Shown: positions 1 through 13,959 of the stretch, piece after piece
How positions within the stretch are numbered: the first letter of the stretch is position 1
Layout of the letters: the number at the start of each line of letters is the position of its first letter
Source: Octopus vulgaris
Lineage: Eukaryota
Reading direction: 5' to 3'
NCBI GenBank assembly: GCA_951406725.2
Contig: OX597817.1
Span: 66,278,001-66,342,000 of the forward strand
Length of the DNA: 64,000 bases
Position numbers and translations under genes: made by a program
Notes under the pieces: model-generated
The model's database searches: none
What the model was told of the DNA's origin: nothing
Seen by the model: only the letters and a program-made list of their open reading frames with translations

Positions 1-1500
1 ACAATAAGCACTGAGAGCGCACAGGAATTAGATGCTCTCAAATGCCCAGGAGAGTCTCTTGAGACTGTAGATAGTTTCTGTTACCTAGGTGACCAAATTA
101 GCAATGGTGGAGGATGCTCTGAAAGTATTGTTTCTAGAATAAGAATTGGGTGGAGGATGTTCAGAGAGCTATTACTTCTGTTGGCAACAAAAGGCCTCTC
201 TAAGGTAGACTGTATGATGCTTGTGTATGAACAGCCATTCTCCATGGTAGTGAGATGTGCTGTGAACGCTGAAAACATGTAGATTGAAGAAAAACGAAGG
301 TGGTATACTCCGTTGGATGTGCAACATCAGTGCACATGTAGTATGGAAGAGAGAAGACTACGTTGATTTGGACATGTGAGGGATATGAATGAGGACAGCT
401 GCATAAAGAAGTGCTGATCACTGAAAGTGGTTGGTAAACGTGGATGAGGGAGATCCAGGAAGACATGGGATGAAGTGGTAAGAACTGGTCTCAGGAAGTT
501 GGACCGTATAGAGGAAAATGACCATGGACCGAGATGTCTGGCGATATGAAGTTCTTGAGAAAACCTGCCCACATCAGCGAAACTGAGCTCTAGAAGCACT
601 GTGTGTTCCACCCACACTCAACAAGTCTACATCCCTTCACTTCCTCACACTTCTGCTTCATGTACTATGATTCCCTCCCACTCCCCAATCTTCTCTTGGT
701 CCAGTGCGACTATATCTTTGCTTGCTCCCGACCTGTGTGTTCTACCCACATGCCTTGTCTCAATCTATTATTGCCATCTGCTAGCCCCAACCAGGGTGTT
801 CCACCCACACGTAACAAGAAATCTTTTCCCTCACCCTACCCCAACAACCCAATCTACATCTCTTCTCTTTCTTGCATTTCCATCTTCATTCACTATGCCT
901 AGCTCTCACTCCCCAATCCTGTCCCTCTGTATCATTGCTACCCGATAACCCCACCAACTTTATATACACCCAGGTCTTTCGCTACTTACTCACACTCCCT
1001 CCACAATATCCTGTTACTTATATTATGGCATTTGAACCTCAAAGGTATGCACTGGCACTTGCCACTATCTATATCTCTCTCTTCCTTTACTCAACTACCC
1101 TATTTACACTCTGATCCCCGTTCCCTGTGAGTATGCCCAGCATTTTGCCACCATCTCCAACTTGTGATCTCTCACTCTCCCTCTCTCTCTCTCCTGCACT
1201 TCCCTCAGGTTGGGCAACTGTGTATTTTCTTTACGGTAGCATACCTGTTTCTGTCTCCATTCCTGATCTTTCTCTCTCTGACTAGGTAATCTTGTACTAC
1301 AAGACACCTGTATGTTTCACTATAACCTGTTCATCATCACCTTCCCTCTTAAAAGTTTTGTTTTATCTTGCAAATACTTGGTGACCCTGCCAGTGTAGGT
1401 GCCACTTAAAAGGACCCAGTCTACACTGTAAAGGGAATTTGGCCATAGAAAATGTGTCAGTAGACTCAAGGTATGTGTGCGCGCACACACAGACTCACAA
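1..1500 (+). mobile_element. Decayed RTE-clade LINE, 3' part of ORF2 plus 3' UTR
   Basis: Frames read ETVDSFCYLGDQIS..GGC..RIRIGWRMFRELL, GRLYDACV*TAILHGSE, RRLR*FGHV and GRSRKTWDEVV with stops and frameshifts. The extent of the UTR after ~600 is approximate. Confidence 0.8.
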
Positions 1501-1584
1501 GCATACATTGGATGGAGACTTCAAAGTATCATTTTATTGTTGAATGCTCTTCCTGTCACAAACTCCTAGCTATTTTTCATGTAT

Positions 1585-1928
1585 TCTCTTTTACTTGTTT
1601 CAGTCATTTGACTGCAGCCATGCTGGAGCACTGCCTTTAGTCAAACAAATTGACCCCAGGACTTATTCTTTGTAAGCCTAGTACTTATTCTATTGGTAGT
1701 CAAGTGATGCTGGTGTGAAGGGACAAATAGACGCGCACGCACACACACATTGATATACATATATATGACGGGCTTCTTTTGGGTTCCACCAACCAAATCC
1801 ACTCATAAGGTTTTGGTCAGCCCAAGGCTATAGTAGAAGACACTTGCCCAAGGTGCCACGCAGTGGGACTGAACCAGGAACCATGTGGTTCGTAAGTAAG
1901 CTACTTACCACACAGCCACTCCTGTGCC
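1585..1928 (-). mobile_element. tRNA-derived SINE, family A (internally deleted)
   Basis: Same sequence as 9572-9960 in reverse orientation. Confidence 0.85.
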
Positions 1929-2198
1929 TTAAGTAATTTTTTTTTTATCCTACTTGTCCTTGAAAGTGTAGAGCAGTAAATATGGAATGTGAACATCACC
2001 TTAACTTTATGCTCAGATAGTGACAGGTGAAGCCAATGAATGCCAACATCTTCTCACATAAGTTTCTGTACAGTTTTCTGCTACCAATTCTGCTCACAAG
2101 CTATTGGTTTGCCTGGGACTACAACAGATGACATTTGCCCAATGTCACACAGTGGGATTGAACCTCAAACTACATAACTGTGAAGCAAGCCTGTTACC

Positions 2199-2485
<287 letters not shown>

Positions 2486-2664
2486 ATGAAGTGCAAGCTA
2501 GAGATAGACTTGAGAAAAAGAGATTTTTAAGAAGTCAATAGAGCCACTGAATTTAATATTTCAGAATGTTATTACTCATTTTTGAGTGAAGTTGTTGAAT
2601 TTCAACCTAACTACTTTTGAAAAAGAAAAAAATTAAGTTGAAATTTTGGGGGGAGTGATATTTT

Positions 2665-3052
2665 TTTCTTGTATTTGTTTCAGTCATGCTGGAGCACAGC
2701 CTTTAGTCAAACAAATCAACCCCAGGACTTATTCTTTGTAAGCCTAATACTTATTCTATCAGTCTATCTTGCTGAACTGCTAAGTGACGGGGATGTAAAC
2801 ACACCAGCATCGGTTGTCAAGCAATGTTGGGGGGACAAACACAGACACACAAACAAATACATATATACACACACACACACACATATATATGACGGGCCTC
2901 TTTCAGTTTCCGTCTACCAAATCCACTCACAAGGCTTTGGTCGGCCCGAGACTATAGTAGAAGACACTTGCCCAAGGTGCCACGCAGTGGGACTGAACCA
3001 GGAACCATGTGGTTCTTAAGCAAGCTACTTACCACACAGCCACTCCTGTGCC
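2665..3052 (-). mobile_element. SINE family A
   Basis: Near full-length copy with a central (AC/AT)n spacer. Confidence 0.88.
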
Positions 3053-3539
3053 TTAAGTAAAATTTTTTTTTATCCTACTTGTCCTTGAAAGTGTAGAGCA
3101 GTAAATATGGAATGTGAATATCACCTCAACTTTATGCTCAGATAGTGACAGGTGAAGCCAATGAATGCCAACATCTCACATAATAAGTTTCTGTACAGTT
3201 TTCTGCTCACAAGCTATTAGTTTGCCTGGGACTACAACAGATGACATTTGCCCAATGTCACACAGTGGGATTGAACCTCAAACTACATAACTGTGAAGCA
3301 AGCCTGTTACCACTGAGTGTGTGTGTGTGAGAAAGAGAGAGTAGAGATGAAGAGGAAGTGCAAGCTAGAGATAGACTTGAGAAAAAGAGACTTTTAAGAA
3401 GTCAATAGAGCCACTGAATTTAATATTTCAGAATGTTATTACTCATTTTTGAGTGAAGTTGTTGAATTTCAACCTAACTACTTTTGAAAAAGAAAAAAAT
3501 TAAGTTGAAATTTTGGGGGGGAGTGATCTTTTTTTTCTT

Positions 3540-3950
3540 TTATTCTTGTATTTGTTTCAGTCATTTGACTGCGGTCATGCTGGAGCACAGCCTTTAGTCA
3601 AACAAATCAACCCCAGGACTTATTCTTTGTAAGCCTAATACTTATTCTATCAGTCTCTCTTGCTGAACTGCTAAGTGACAGGGATGTAAACACACCAGCA
3701 TCGGTTGTCAAGCAATGTTGGGGGGACAAACACAGACACACAAACATATACATATATATATATACACACACACACACACATATATACGACGGGCCTCTTT
3801 CAGTTTCTGTCTACCAAATCCACTCACAAGGCTTTGGTCGGCCCGAGACTATAGTAGAAGACACTTGCCCAAGGTGCCACGCAGTGGGACTGAACCTGGA
3901 ACCATGTGGTTGGTAAGCAAGCTACTTACCACACAGTTACTCCTGCGCCT
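3540..3950 (-). mobile_element. SINE family A
   Basis: Full-length copy. Confidence 0.88.
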
Positions 3951-4739
3951 GTTGATGAAAAACTTAGCGAAAACGTAGTCTGCTGTTAATTCAGTGAACA
4001 CATGATATCCCTTATATAAACTACCTAGTCATAAGATATTGGTAGTAGTGGTGCTGAAATGGTTAGGAAAAAATTTGATTTTAGTTATACTCAGCCTATA
4101 AAAAAAACAACTTTTTTTTTGTTGTACTCTGATAAGTATAATTTATATATATATAAGCAAGAAAACTCAGATCCCGTTTCTAAAATTAGCTACCATTTCC
4201 TGCCACTCCCACTGCACACGCTATTTGCTTAACTTAAGCTACAAGTCATAAACTGGCAAGATGCCCATGCTGGTTAGTTACATAACGTTATATCTGGCAG
4301 TCCAGCACTTTTAAATAATTTTAAGTTACCAACTACAGCATCATTCAGCCTCCCACTTACACAATTCTCAGTGATCAAATTTAATACACACTTACTGACT
4401 CAGATGGCAAAAAACTGCCAATACCAGCCCATACATTACTCACAATTTGTTATTCAATACCATACATTATGTGAACTGTCCCTACCTACTCTTCAAATGG
4501 ATAATTGAATAAGAACAGGAAGGTTGCATAAGTTAACAAACAGGATAAGGTACAAGTGAATTGAGAAAATAAGTAACAATGTTGTGAGCTAATGTATGCA
4601 AGAGGATGAAATATAGTATTTCAATCAGATATTAAAATAAGATAGGTTTTGTGACACTGAAACAGGCATATTTGGCAGTATCTATTACATTTGATAATAC
4701 CTAATACATATTTGGTTACATCTATTATGCATATTTTTT

Positions 4740-5077
4740 TTACTTGTTTCAGTCATTTGACTAGCCATGCTGGGGTACAACCTTGAAGGGTTTTAGTTGA
4801 ACACACCAACTTCAGGACTTTTTTAAAGCCTAGCGTTTCTTCTATTGGTCTCCTTTGCCAAACCACTAAGTTATGGGAACGTAAACACACCAACACTGGT
4901 TGTCAAGTGGTGGTGACACACATACGACAGGCTTCTATCAGTTTCCATCAACCAAATTGACTCACAAGTATCTGGCTGGCCGTAGGCCACAGTAGAAGAC
5001 ACTTGCCTAAGGTGCCATGCAGTGAGACTGAACCTGGAACAAGGTTGTTAGGAAGCAAACTACTTACCACACAGCCA
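4740..5077 (-). mobile_element. SINE family A, diverged
   Basis: Same head and tail motifs with more substitutions. Confidence 0.8.
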
Positions 5078-5915
5078 TAATGTCTATGTTTAATGATACT
5101 TTATGGTGAGTTTTAGTAACGTGTTACAAAGAGGTTCAATGATTGTTTGTAAAACAGGTAGTGAAAACTAAATGTATACTCATTAAAATGGACATAAGTG
5201 TCTGATGTACAAGTAGATATGGATTAAACAGATTTGTATAATAATCAGTTCAACGTTTTCTTAGAGCATTAGCTTTATCACAGTTAGCAACATATATCAA
5301 ATATATTGGTTTATGTTTTTACTATGATACCTCATTGCTATGAACTTAAAATCCTGCCAAGTTAGTATTTTGCTATCAACCCCTTGGCAAGTAACACAAT
5401 AGATTTACTGCAATCAAAGACCTTGATATGCACAGTCCTGTTGCCATAAAATTGTATTTCATATTACATGCAATATTTAACAATACTTGACATATATATT
5501 ATTGCTTATCATGCACAAATTAAAAACAATCTCTATAAAATAATAGCTAATATAAATGTTGGTCGGTTATTTCTCTAGTTATGCCTTACAATGTACAGAG
5601 AGTAGGTACAGAATATCTTATGGCTTACTGAAAAACACTTTAAGCACCCAGAAATTTGTTAAATTGTAATTATTATATGTATACCCTATTTCCTGATATC
5701 ACCCTAGTAGCAAAAGTATACTTCTAAAGTTGTTAGTCACATGATAAGTAACACTAATATCAAATACTTGGTTTGAAATGCAACAAAATTCTGCTGAGAA
5801 TTAGAAAAATATCAATGCAGAGCAACATAATAACCTTAACCAATACCAAATTAGGATATTTAAACCTGAATTAAAGCAAAATACTTTAAAAAGGGTAAAG
5901 AATAAATCAACTTAC

Positions 5916-6137
5916 TGTAATGCAGTTGTTGTAGGCATCACGTACAACTTCATATTCCACTTCCTTCCAACCTTTCAATGATTTATCAATGAGGACTTGA
6001 CTGGTATGTTTAAAAGCAGTGTTAGCCAATGCATATAACTCATCTCTGTTAGAAGCAAAACCCGAACACAACCCACCCAATGCATAGGCAGCGCGTAACA
6101 TTACAGGGTAGCCAATTCGATCAGCAGCTTCAGTAGC
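5916..6137 (-). CDS. CAD: CAD exon 12 (ATP-grasp); gene continues beyond window start
   Basis: [28 protein letters not shown]...[21 protein letters not shown]; gtaagt donor; 222 nt. The next expected exon (VCNMEN...) was not found in 1-5915. Confidence 0.96.
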
Positions 6138-8409
6138 CTGAAACAGATTCAGATAAATAAAATCAAATACAAAAACAATGATATTTAATACACAAAATCT
6201 AGGTACTGGTCTACATGATTATAAATTCAATTCTTGGTTCAATGAAGCTTTTTGAGTTGTATCACTGCATAAAATATCCAATTTTTTGTATCAACTTGCC
6301 AAACTGACAATAGGTCCACCTCACATTTTATAGGTGAATGGCTGGATAGTGTTAGACAAGCTGTGAAAGTAGTTGCTTACCAAAAGATGGCTGTAAACTC
6401 CCTCTTGTGGCCAAGTAACTTGGACATCCTCTTCCAGCTTAAGGAAGATACATTGCAATGTACTTTAGAACTGACTCATCAATCACGAAGATCATACTGT
6501 GTATTACTTGCAAGGTCATGGATCCATACCACCAAGGAAAAAGCCTCAGCAAGGATTTTATAGAAAACTAGTAGTTATCCATGCATGCAAGTTTCCTATT
6601 TCCACACCACCAATCTTGTTCAAATGAAAAGGACCAACTGCTTGTCCACCTTCCTAGACTTTTTAACAAGTCCATCATCTACCTACTATAGACTGGTACT
6701 TATTTATTGACCTCCAAAAGGATGAAAGACAAGCTTGACCTCAATATGATTTGAGAATAGAGTGCAGAGAACTGAATCAACATATCACAAAGAATCCTAT
6801 CTGAAGTGCAAATAAACATGACAAATACAGTTTATTCTATATTTGTTTGTTAAACCAGCAATTTAATCAATATCAAAATTATTTGATGATGACCCAGGAT
6901 TTCATACCAAAGAGACTGGTATATTAATAGAGCAAAGAAGCTATCATGAAATAGTACTCAAATATAGCCTTAAGTTGTGAACTGGCTCTGTTTCTTAACT
7001 TCCTGGTTTAATTGATAAACCGGTTGACATTTTTAAGATTGTAGCTCTGTTAATGCTCCCTTAATTTTTCAGATATACATAAAAAAAAATCTGCTTCACT
7101 TTTCAGCTAGTTTTGAAACAGCAAAATAGTTGAATCTTTATAACAGATTCATATACCCATGTGTACGTGCGCACACGCACACACACACAAGCATGTGTGT
7201 ATCTGTATCATCTAAAATGAAAGTATTATGTAAGCAAGTTTAAAACTAAAGTGAAAGTAAAATGCTATAGTAGTGTGATAAGCATTTCAATTGGCTACTC
7301 TGTCACAATATATATTGTTTGGAACCGTGCTACTCGGACATTAGCATGAAAGCGAACATACACAAACTAATTATTACATTCAGATCTCTCTCTCTCTCTC
7401 ACATACACACAGTGCTACATGACTGTAGCCACTCAGCTGAAACATGAAAGAAAAAAATATGTATACACACACACACACATTCACATCTATATCTTTATGT
7501 CTATACATATATACTTTGTTTTAACCTTGTGCCAGCTATAGATTGTATAACAAACATAAAAGCAGATTTCACCAAACACCTATTAATTATTCATGAACAT
7601 TCAACTGGTATTCATGTCACGTGACTTATGTAACCAAAACTAACATCTAATACAGAATAAGATTTAAATTTTTTATTGTATATCTACAAAATCTTCAACT
7701 CAGTTTGATTACAGTCAATACTCATGGTAAGTAGAAAATATTTTCACACTTTGCCTCTTCTATAGAATAAACACACTTCATTTAGTCTGCATTACCTCTT
7801 TTATACAAGACAGAAAAAAAAAAAAAAACCACAAAATAATCAAGTCATTTCTAACTACAACTGGCTTAGAAAGGACTTGCTTTCGAGTTACTTATTCTCT
7901 AATATTTTCCTACCAATATCTGCAAATATAATTTAATACGAATTGTAGTCTTATGTCTCACAGAGCACATGCTGGTTTTGAAAATTTAGAGCTTTATCTT
8001 TAAGGTTTTTTTGGATCAAATATGGACTGGACATTGATAAGAGAGTAAATTTATTTATTCTGAAAGCCAATTTTTATAGCACCATGTAGTTTTTAACAGA
8101 CATCTTTGCTGTAAGTAGTCGGCCCAGGTCTTGAAGTAACACTGAAGTTGTAGTTTCTACCTCTCTTTCCAAAGCCAGTCTGCTATGAGGACTGCCCTTC
8201 ATCCTGTAACTAAGCCATAAAGACCAAAAAATATGTCTTTAACTCTTCTGTTCCTACATATTGGCAAGTAAATTGACAATTCTGAAGATAAGATCTCTAA
8301 AGACAATGGAATACTGGCCTGCAATATACTATCTTCTAATTAATCCACCAGTATCACAGCAACTTCAAACCTCACTAACCAATGATTATTATTTTGGTAT
8401 TCAACTTAC

Positions 8410-8643
8410 CGCTTCTACAGTGTAAGCTGCTTCACTTGGTGGTACTTGTTCATTAATCTCTGCCATGTTGTCAGCAAAGATTTTCCTGTCTTCAGTTCTC
8501 TCAATGGAATGTACTTGAGTGCCCAAAACTTTGACACCATATTTCTCAAATACACCCAGCTTGGTCAACTCAAAGCCACAGTTCAGAGCAGTTTGACCTC
8601 CAAATGTTAGAAGGACGCCATCAGGCCTTTCATTTTTAATCAC
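8410..8643 (-). CDS. CAD: CAD exon 11
   Basis: [23 protein letters not shown]...TEDRKIF...SEAAYTVEA; 234 nt, phase 0-0. Confidence 0.96.
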
Positions 8644-9571
8644 CTATAATGAAAGAAAAGATATATCACTAGTATTTAGACAACTGCATATTCTTCAGAT
8701 CAAATCTGAAACAAAGCCGTATTAAATAAACAATAACAAACAACTACTATAATTAATTTTTCTGATGGATCTGCCATGAGATTTGTAAGAAAACACATAT
8801 TTTATCAACAAAGACAGCAACTGAACTCAGAACAAAAAGGTATTTAGCCTGGTATATTATTACTTCAGCTGAATCTCCTAACCAAATATATACATATTAA
8901 AAAAAAGAGAAAAGAATACTGGAGAGTTGAGTTCTGATTTCAGTCAAGATGGCATATATAACAGGTGGATAAACAGTTTCTCTTGATAAGACTCTATTGC
9001 CGCACTTTAGCAATCAGTTAACAAGAGATAGCTAAACACAGACTGGAACATCACGAAGATTGTCTTCCTTTCCTAAGACTACTCTGATTGAGCTGAACAG
9101 AACTGAGTGTTCCAGCAATGACAATCCAATTTTATTTTCATACAAACTATATCTAGAGCTATACTATTCAATATGTTCTGCCTTGCTTAGGGTTTCATTT
9201 GATGGAAGATTGAGCCACAAATTCTGGCAAGAGACACACTCGACTAAGTTAATTTGGCAGATGCCATCCCTCTTAAAGCTATGTATATCAGAACATTTCA
9301 ACTCAAATGCTTGCCTAATTCCTAGCACTATAAAAGTAAGCCATACCTGTCTTATGTTATTTATGTACAGGTAATTAACTGCTAACTACAGTTCTAGATA
9401 GTTATAAAATTTTCAGTTAACGATAAACTTTGACATGCCAAGTTTGTGATTCACTGATGAGGGTATCATAAGATGGAAACATGTACAGGATTGTTTTGTC
9501 TACATGTAAAAATAGAACATTAGTCACTGAGTAACATTGTATTTTTTTTATCACATGATAAACTTTTAAAT

Positions 9572-9960
9572 AGGCGTAGGAGTGGCTGTGTGGTAAGTAG
9601 CTTGCTTACCAACCACACGGTACTGGGTTCAGTCCCACTACGTGCCACCTTGGCAAAGTGTCTTCTACTATAGCCTCGGGCCGACCAAAGCCTTGTGAGT
9701 GGATTTGGTAGAGGGAAACTGAAAGAAGCCTGCCGTATGCATGTATATATATATATATGTGTATTTGTCTCCCCAACAACGCTTGACAACCAATGCTGGT
9801 GTGTTTACGTCCTCGTAACTTAGCGGTTCGGCAAAAGAGACCGATAGAATAAGTACTAGCCTTACAAAGAATAAGTCATGGGGTCGATTTGCTCGACTAA
9901 AAGGCAGTGCTCCAGCATGGCCGCAGTCAAATGACTGAAACAAATAAAAGAGTAAATGCT
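9572..9960 (+). mobile_element. SINE family A, young full-length copy
   Basis: Pol III A box (TGGCTGTGTGG) and B box (GGTTCAGTCCC), many intact CpGs, and flanking TTTTAAAT direct repeats (9564-9571 and 9961-9968). Confidence 0.9.
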
Positions 9961-10431
9961 TTTTAAATGATAGCCAAAAGATATATATATATATATAAAA
10001 ACTAGAACCTGACATTTCCTATACACTGACCCAGTTTTACTGGTTCATGCAATAACTATTTACCTTCCTGGTTTAAAGAGTTACGAGGAAATTAATAAAT
10101 TAATGCACAATAATTTTCTTTATTGATTTATCAGGATTGCCAACAGTTTTATTAATGACAACATAAATATTAACAATGAAGTGAATAAATGTATATACAC
10201 AAAACTGAAGCATTTGAACAATCAGATACTTTTTTTAACACCTCGGTTAAAAATATTAGTCCACGCCTGTTTTTTAATGAGGTAATAATTTCACCATGCT
10301 CAGATATGCTTTCATGGAAGATTGGAAACAAGACACCACTTGCAAGACAGTGATACTCACAACTACAACCTGATGCCAAGGCAAGAAGACAGTAAAACCA
10401 ACACACACACACACACCCACATATACATATA

Positions 10432-10853
10432 TTCTTTTATTTGTTTCAGTCATTTGACTGCAGCCACGCTGGAGAACCACTTTTAGTCAAAGAAATCAAC
10501 CCGAGGATTTATTCTTTGTAAGCCTAGTACTTATTCTATTGGATTCTTTTGCCGAACAGCTAAGTTACAGGAATGTAAACACACCAATATCGGTTGTCAA
10601 GCAATGGTGGGGGAACAACCACAGATACACATACATACATACATATATATATATATGTGACCTCGTGAAGACTACCTGCAATTTTTTTTCCTCTGTCCTC
10701 ACGTCTCGGGATCTTTCTTTCTCCTATGTTTCCGACGAAGAGCTCCGCTCGAAACGTCATACCCTCCTTCTTCCATTTTCCTGAGCGCCTAATAATAATA
10801 ATACTGTAATTGTTCCACGTGTTGTTGTTTTTTCTGTTTTCCCGTTTGGATTA

Positions 10854-10901
<48 letters not shown>

Positions 10902-11063
10902 ACAGGCTTCTTTCAGTTTCCGTCTACCAAATCCACTCACAAGTCTTTGGTCGGCACGAGGCTATAGTAGAAGGCACTTGCCCAAAGTGCCACACAGTGG
11001 GACTGAACCCGGAACCATGTGGTCAGTAAGCAAGCTACTTACCACACAGCCACTCCTGTGCCT
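10432..11063 (-). mobile_element. SINE family A with nested ~200-bp insert (10657-10858)
   Basis: The two halves of the SINE flank a foreign segment inserted in its (AT)n spacer. Confidence 0.85.
10726..10764 (+). ncRNA. Minimal type I hammerhead-like motif (Penelope-type)
   Basis: gttt-CCGACGA-a-GAGC tcc GCTC-GAAA-CG-TC-atac; the core has C in place of the conserved U4. Confidence 0.5.
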
Positions 11064-11502
11064 ATCTATCTTTATATATATATACATACACACACACACT
11101 CAAACACAATCATCATAATCTAACATCTGCCTTCCATGATTCTATGGGTTAAAATTTTGAAGTCGACGTTCATTTATGTACTCCATGCTGCAATCGCTAT
11201 ATCATCATCATCGTTTAACGTCTGTTTTCCATGCTAGCATAGGTTGGACGGTGCATGGGTTGAATTAGAAACAAGTCCTTGGTACAGTATTGTATACTTG
11301 AGAAAATGAATGGCTCTTCTGATAACTTTTTCACTTTAAAAATTAGATGTTTGTAAGTCATTAGGTATTCACAAATCGTGACCGTTTTGAAACGGTCACA
11401 ATTTGTAAACACCTGACTTATAAATATCTAATTACTTAAGTGGAACAATTATCAGAAAAGCCACTCCTATTCGTTTTTCAAACACATACACACACACAGA
11501 GT

Positions 11503-11797
11503 GAGGGCACATGGCTTAGTGGTTAGGGAGTTGTACTCACGTTCTGGTGATTGTGATTTTAACTCCAAGACCAGGTAGTGTATTGTGTTCCTGAGCAAAA
11601 CACTTCATTTCAAGTTGCTCTGTAATCACTTCAATACCTGACATGTAACACAGTGCACCTGCTCAGACAGTATTGATCTGATAGTAAAAGTGAGCTAATG
11701 TGCACCATGAACATTTGAACACTATAAACAAATGATTTGTCAAGTCATTCGTCAAAAGCTGAATGCTCATATGTTGTCTACAACAGGAGTCCGTCGT
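11503..11797 (+). mobile_element. tRNA-derived SINE, family C
   Basis: TGGCTTAGTGG A box followed by ttgtgttcctgagcaaaacactt, a SINE central-domain-like motif. Confidence 0.6.
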
Positions 11798-12357
11798 ATA
11801 CATATTTATAGACATATATGCACATATATACATGCATATTCACGGAGGCATGTTTATTAACATTTTTGAGAAAGATCACTGTAATCATTGCTATCAACAA
11901 CTTCAAGTCAACAATTTCTTGCTTTGAAGGTAAGTGAGATATGTTATCCTTTTGCCGGGAAAAGAATTAAGGGTTAGTGTCAGGAAGAGCAAATGTACAA
12001 ACATGAAAAAAAAAAAAGTTTAATATTTAATTTTATACTTATGCAGGTATGTATGAATGAATGAATGAATGAATGAAAGTATGTATGTATGTGAGATTTC
12101 ACCTGCATTTAGCATCTTGATCACCCCTACTCCATTTGATTTAATTTCCCCCTCTAGTAGCATGACCAGAGTGTGAATTTATTATCTTTTAAGATCATTT
12201 TCCTGCTGATTAGTAATAGATCACAAGTAAAAATGTGTGTATGTATATATATATATATATGTATGTATGTGTGTGTCTGTATATATATATATATATATAT
12301 ATAATGAGAGAAAAAGAGCTGTCATAAATGAACAAATTAACAGCACAAAGAACTTAC

Positions 12358-12489
12358 ATCTGTGACATAGTCTGCAGTGATAGGGAGGAAATACACTTTA
12401 TCAGCCAACCACTTTGATGTCTGTACTGTAGCAATGTTGGGATTAATTAGAATTATCTGAATACCTTCTTCAGTTAAAGCTTTGATAGC
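12358..12489 (-). CDS. CAD: CAD exon 10
   Basis: [44 protein letters not shown]; 132 nt, phase 0-0. Confidence 0.96.
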
Positions 12490-13959
12490 CTGCAAAAAAA
12501 CAGAAACATATATACTGATTAGACTCATGGCTTGGTTGACTGATTGAGCAATTGTTGACATGCTGTTATCTGTCAAAAGTTCAACTTTTACTGCAGTCAA
12601 ACCATTCTGTTGTGGTATAAGGCAAGCTGTGCACAACTCTGCTGGTTTGAGGTTCCACTCCTACTTAAAAGACAATAGGGTGTGATTTTGAAAGAGATGG
12701 CGAATTGCCAGCAATTACTAGAATCTGAGTGACCACATAAAAACTTTGTTAGCTTGGTCACTTCACTGTTCAAGTGGTTAGAAGTAAGATGACCCAACGA
12801 AAAGTAATTGCTCTAAATCAATAGAAAAAACTCGCAATCATTATCATCAAATTTTTAATTAATTTTATTTATTTCAACATTCTTTATGTATATTGCCATT
12901 TAAAATTTCTAAACAAAGCTAATTGTTCTAAAGATAAGAAATGCATAAATTTTCATAAAAAAGAATAAAGAATATTTAATCTCTCACTTGTCCCAGCACG
13001 AACAAAGGACTGTAAAATAAAAATTAAAAAAATAAATGAGATAGAGTAGTTAAAGGAGCCAGGAGCTTGTTTTTGACAAAGGATAAATAGATTTTTAAAA
13101 TAGTTTGTGGCAGATTTGTTTGCAAATTTAGATAGTTGATACTCACACATATCTTTATGGTTCAAAATCTACATCATGTGTTTTTCCATATTTACATGGA
13201 CCAGACAAATGTACCATATGGAATACCACTTATCTCAGTCTTGTGACAGATCATTCATATGGCCCAGCATCCTGAAATATGACTTATTTTTCCATGTCTT
13301 CTACTTGTACACAGCATTTTGTACCTAGTACTCACTAATTCAGAAAGTAAAGGTAGTTTATCTTGCACTACCATGTCTATGAAAACAGAGTCCTCTTGAT
13401 AACAATAATTTCTAAAATTGATACAAGGCCTTAAGTTTGAAAGAAGTGTAAGTAGATTGGGTCAATCCCATCCATATCTGACAGGGGAAGTTGGATAAGT
13501 CAAACAGTGAGTTAATGTCCTACTGCTTTATCATCTAACACAGCAATGGAAAAAAACTGCCAATCTCTTTTATTGTATATAGCATTTTTATTTTTAACAT
13601 GGTTTTTACAGATGGATACCTTTCCTATTGCAAACTATTTTACAGAATACACTGGGTGTATATCATTAGTAGTAATATATAATGATTTGGGTTGACATGT
13701 GCATAGCAAAGACTAGTTAGGACAAAAAGCCGAGTAGCAAACTTTGAATACACTTTTGCCCCCATTCACTCATTCCTTATATCCGAAACTTCCCGTCAAA
13801 CTACCCACACAACACATATTCACACAGTTCCCTTCATTGAGATTTTCAAAGCATTTTTCAAAGAGTTTAGGACAGCCTTATCTCTCAACAGCACAAATAC
13901 TCAAGAGATCTAAGATGCTCAGAGAGGAGACTGGTGAGATTGATATGGTTGTTGCTCAG

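Noticed and set aside
9572-9650. tRNA gene
   Set aside because: The A and B boxes belong to a multi-copy SINE head, and there is no proper cloverleaf.
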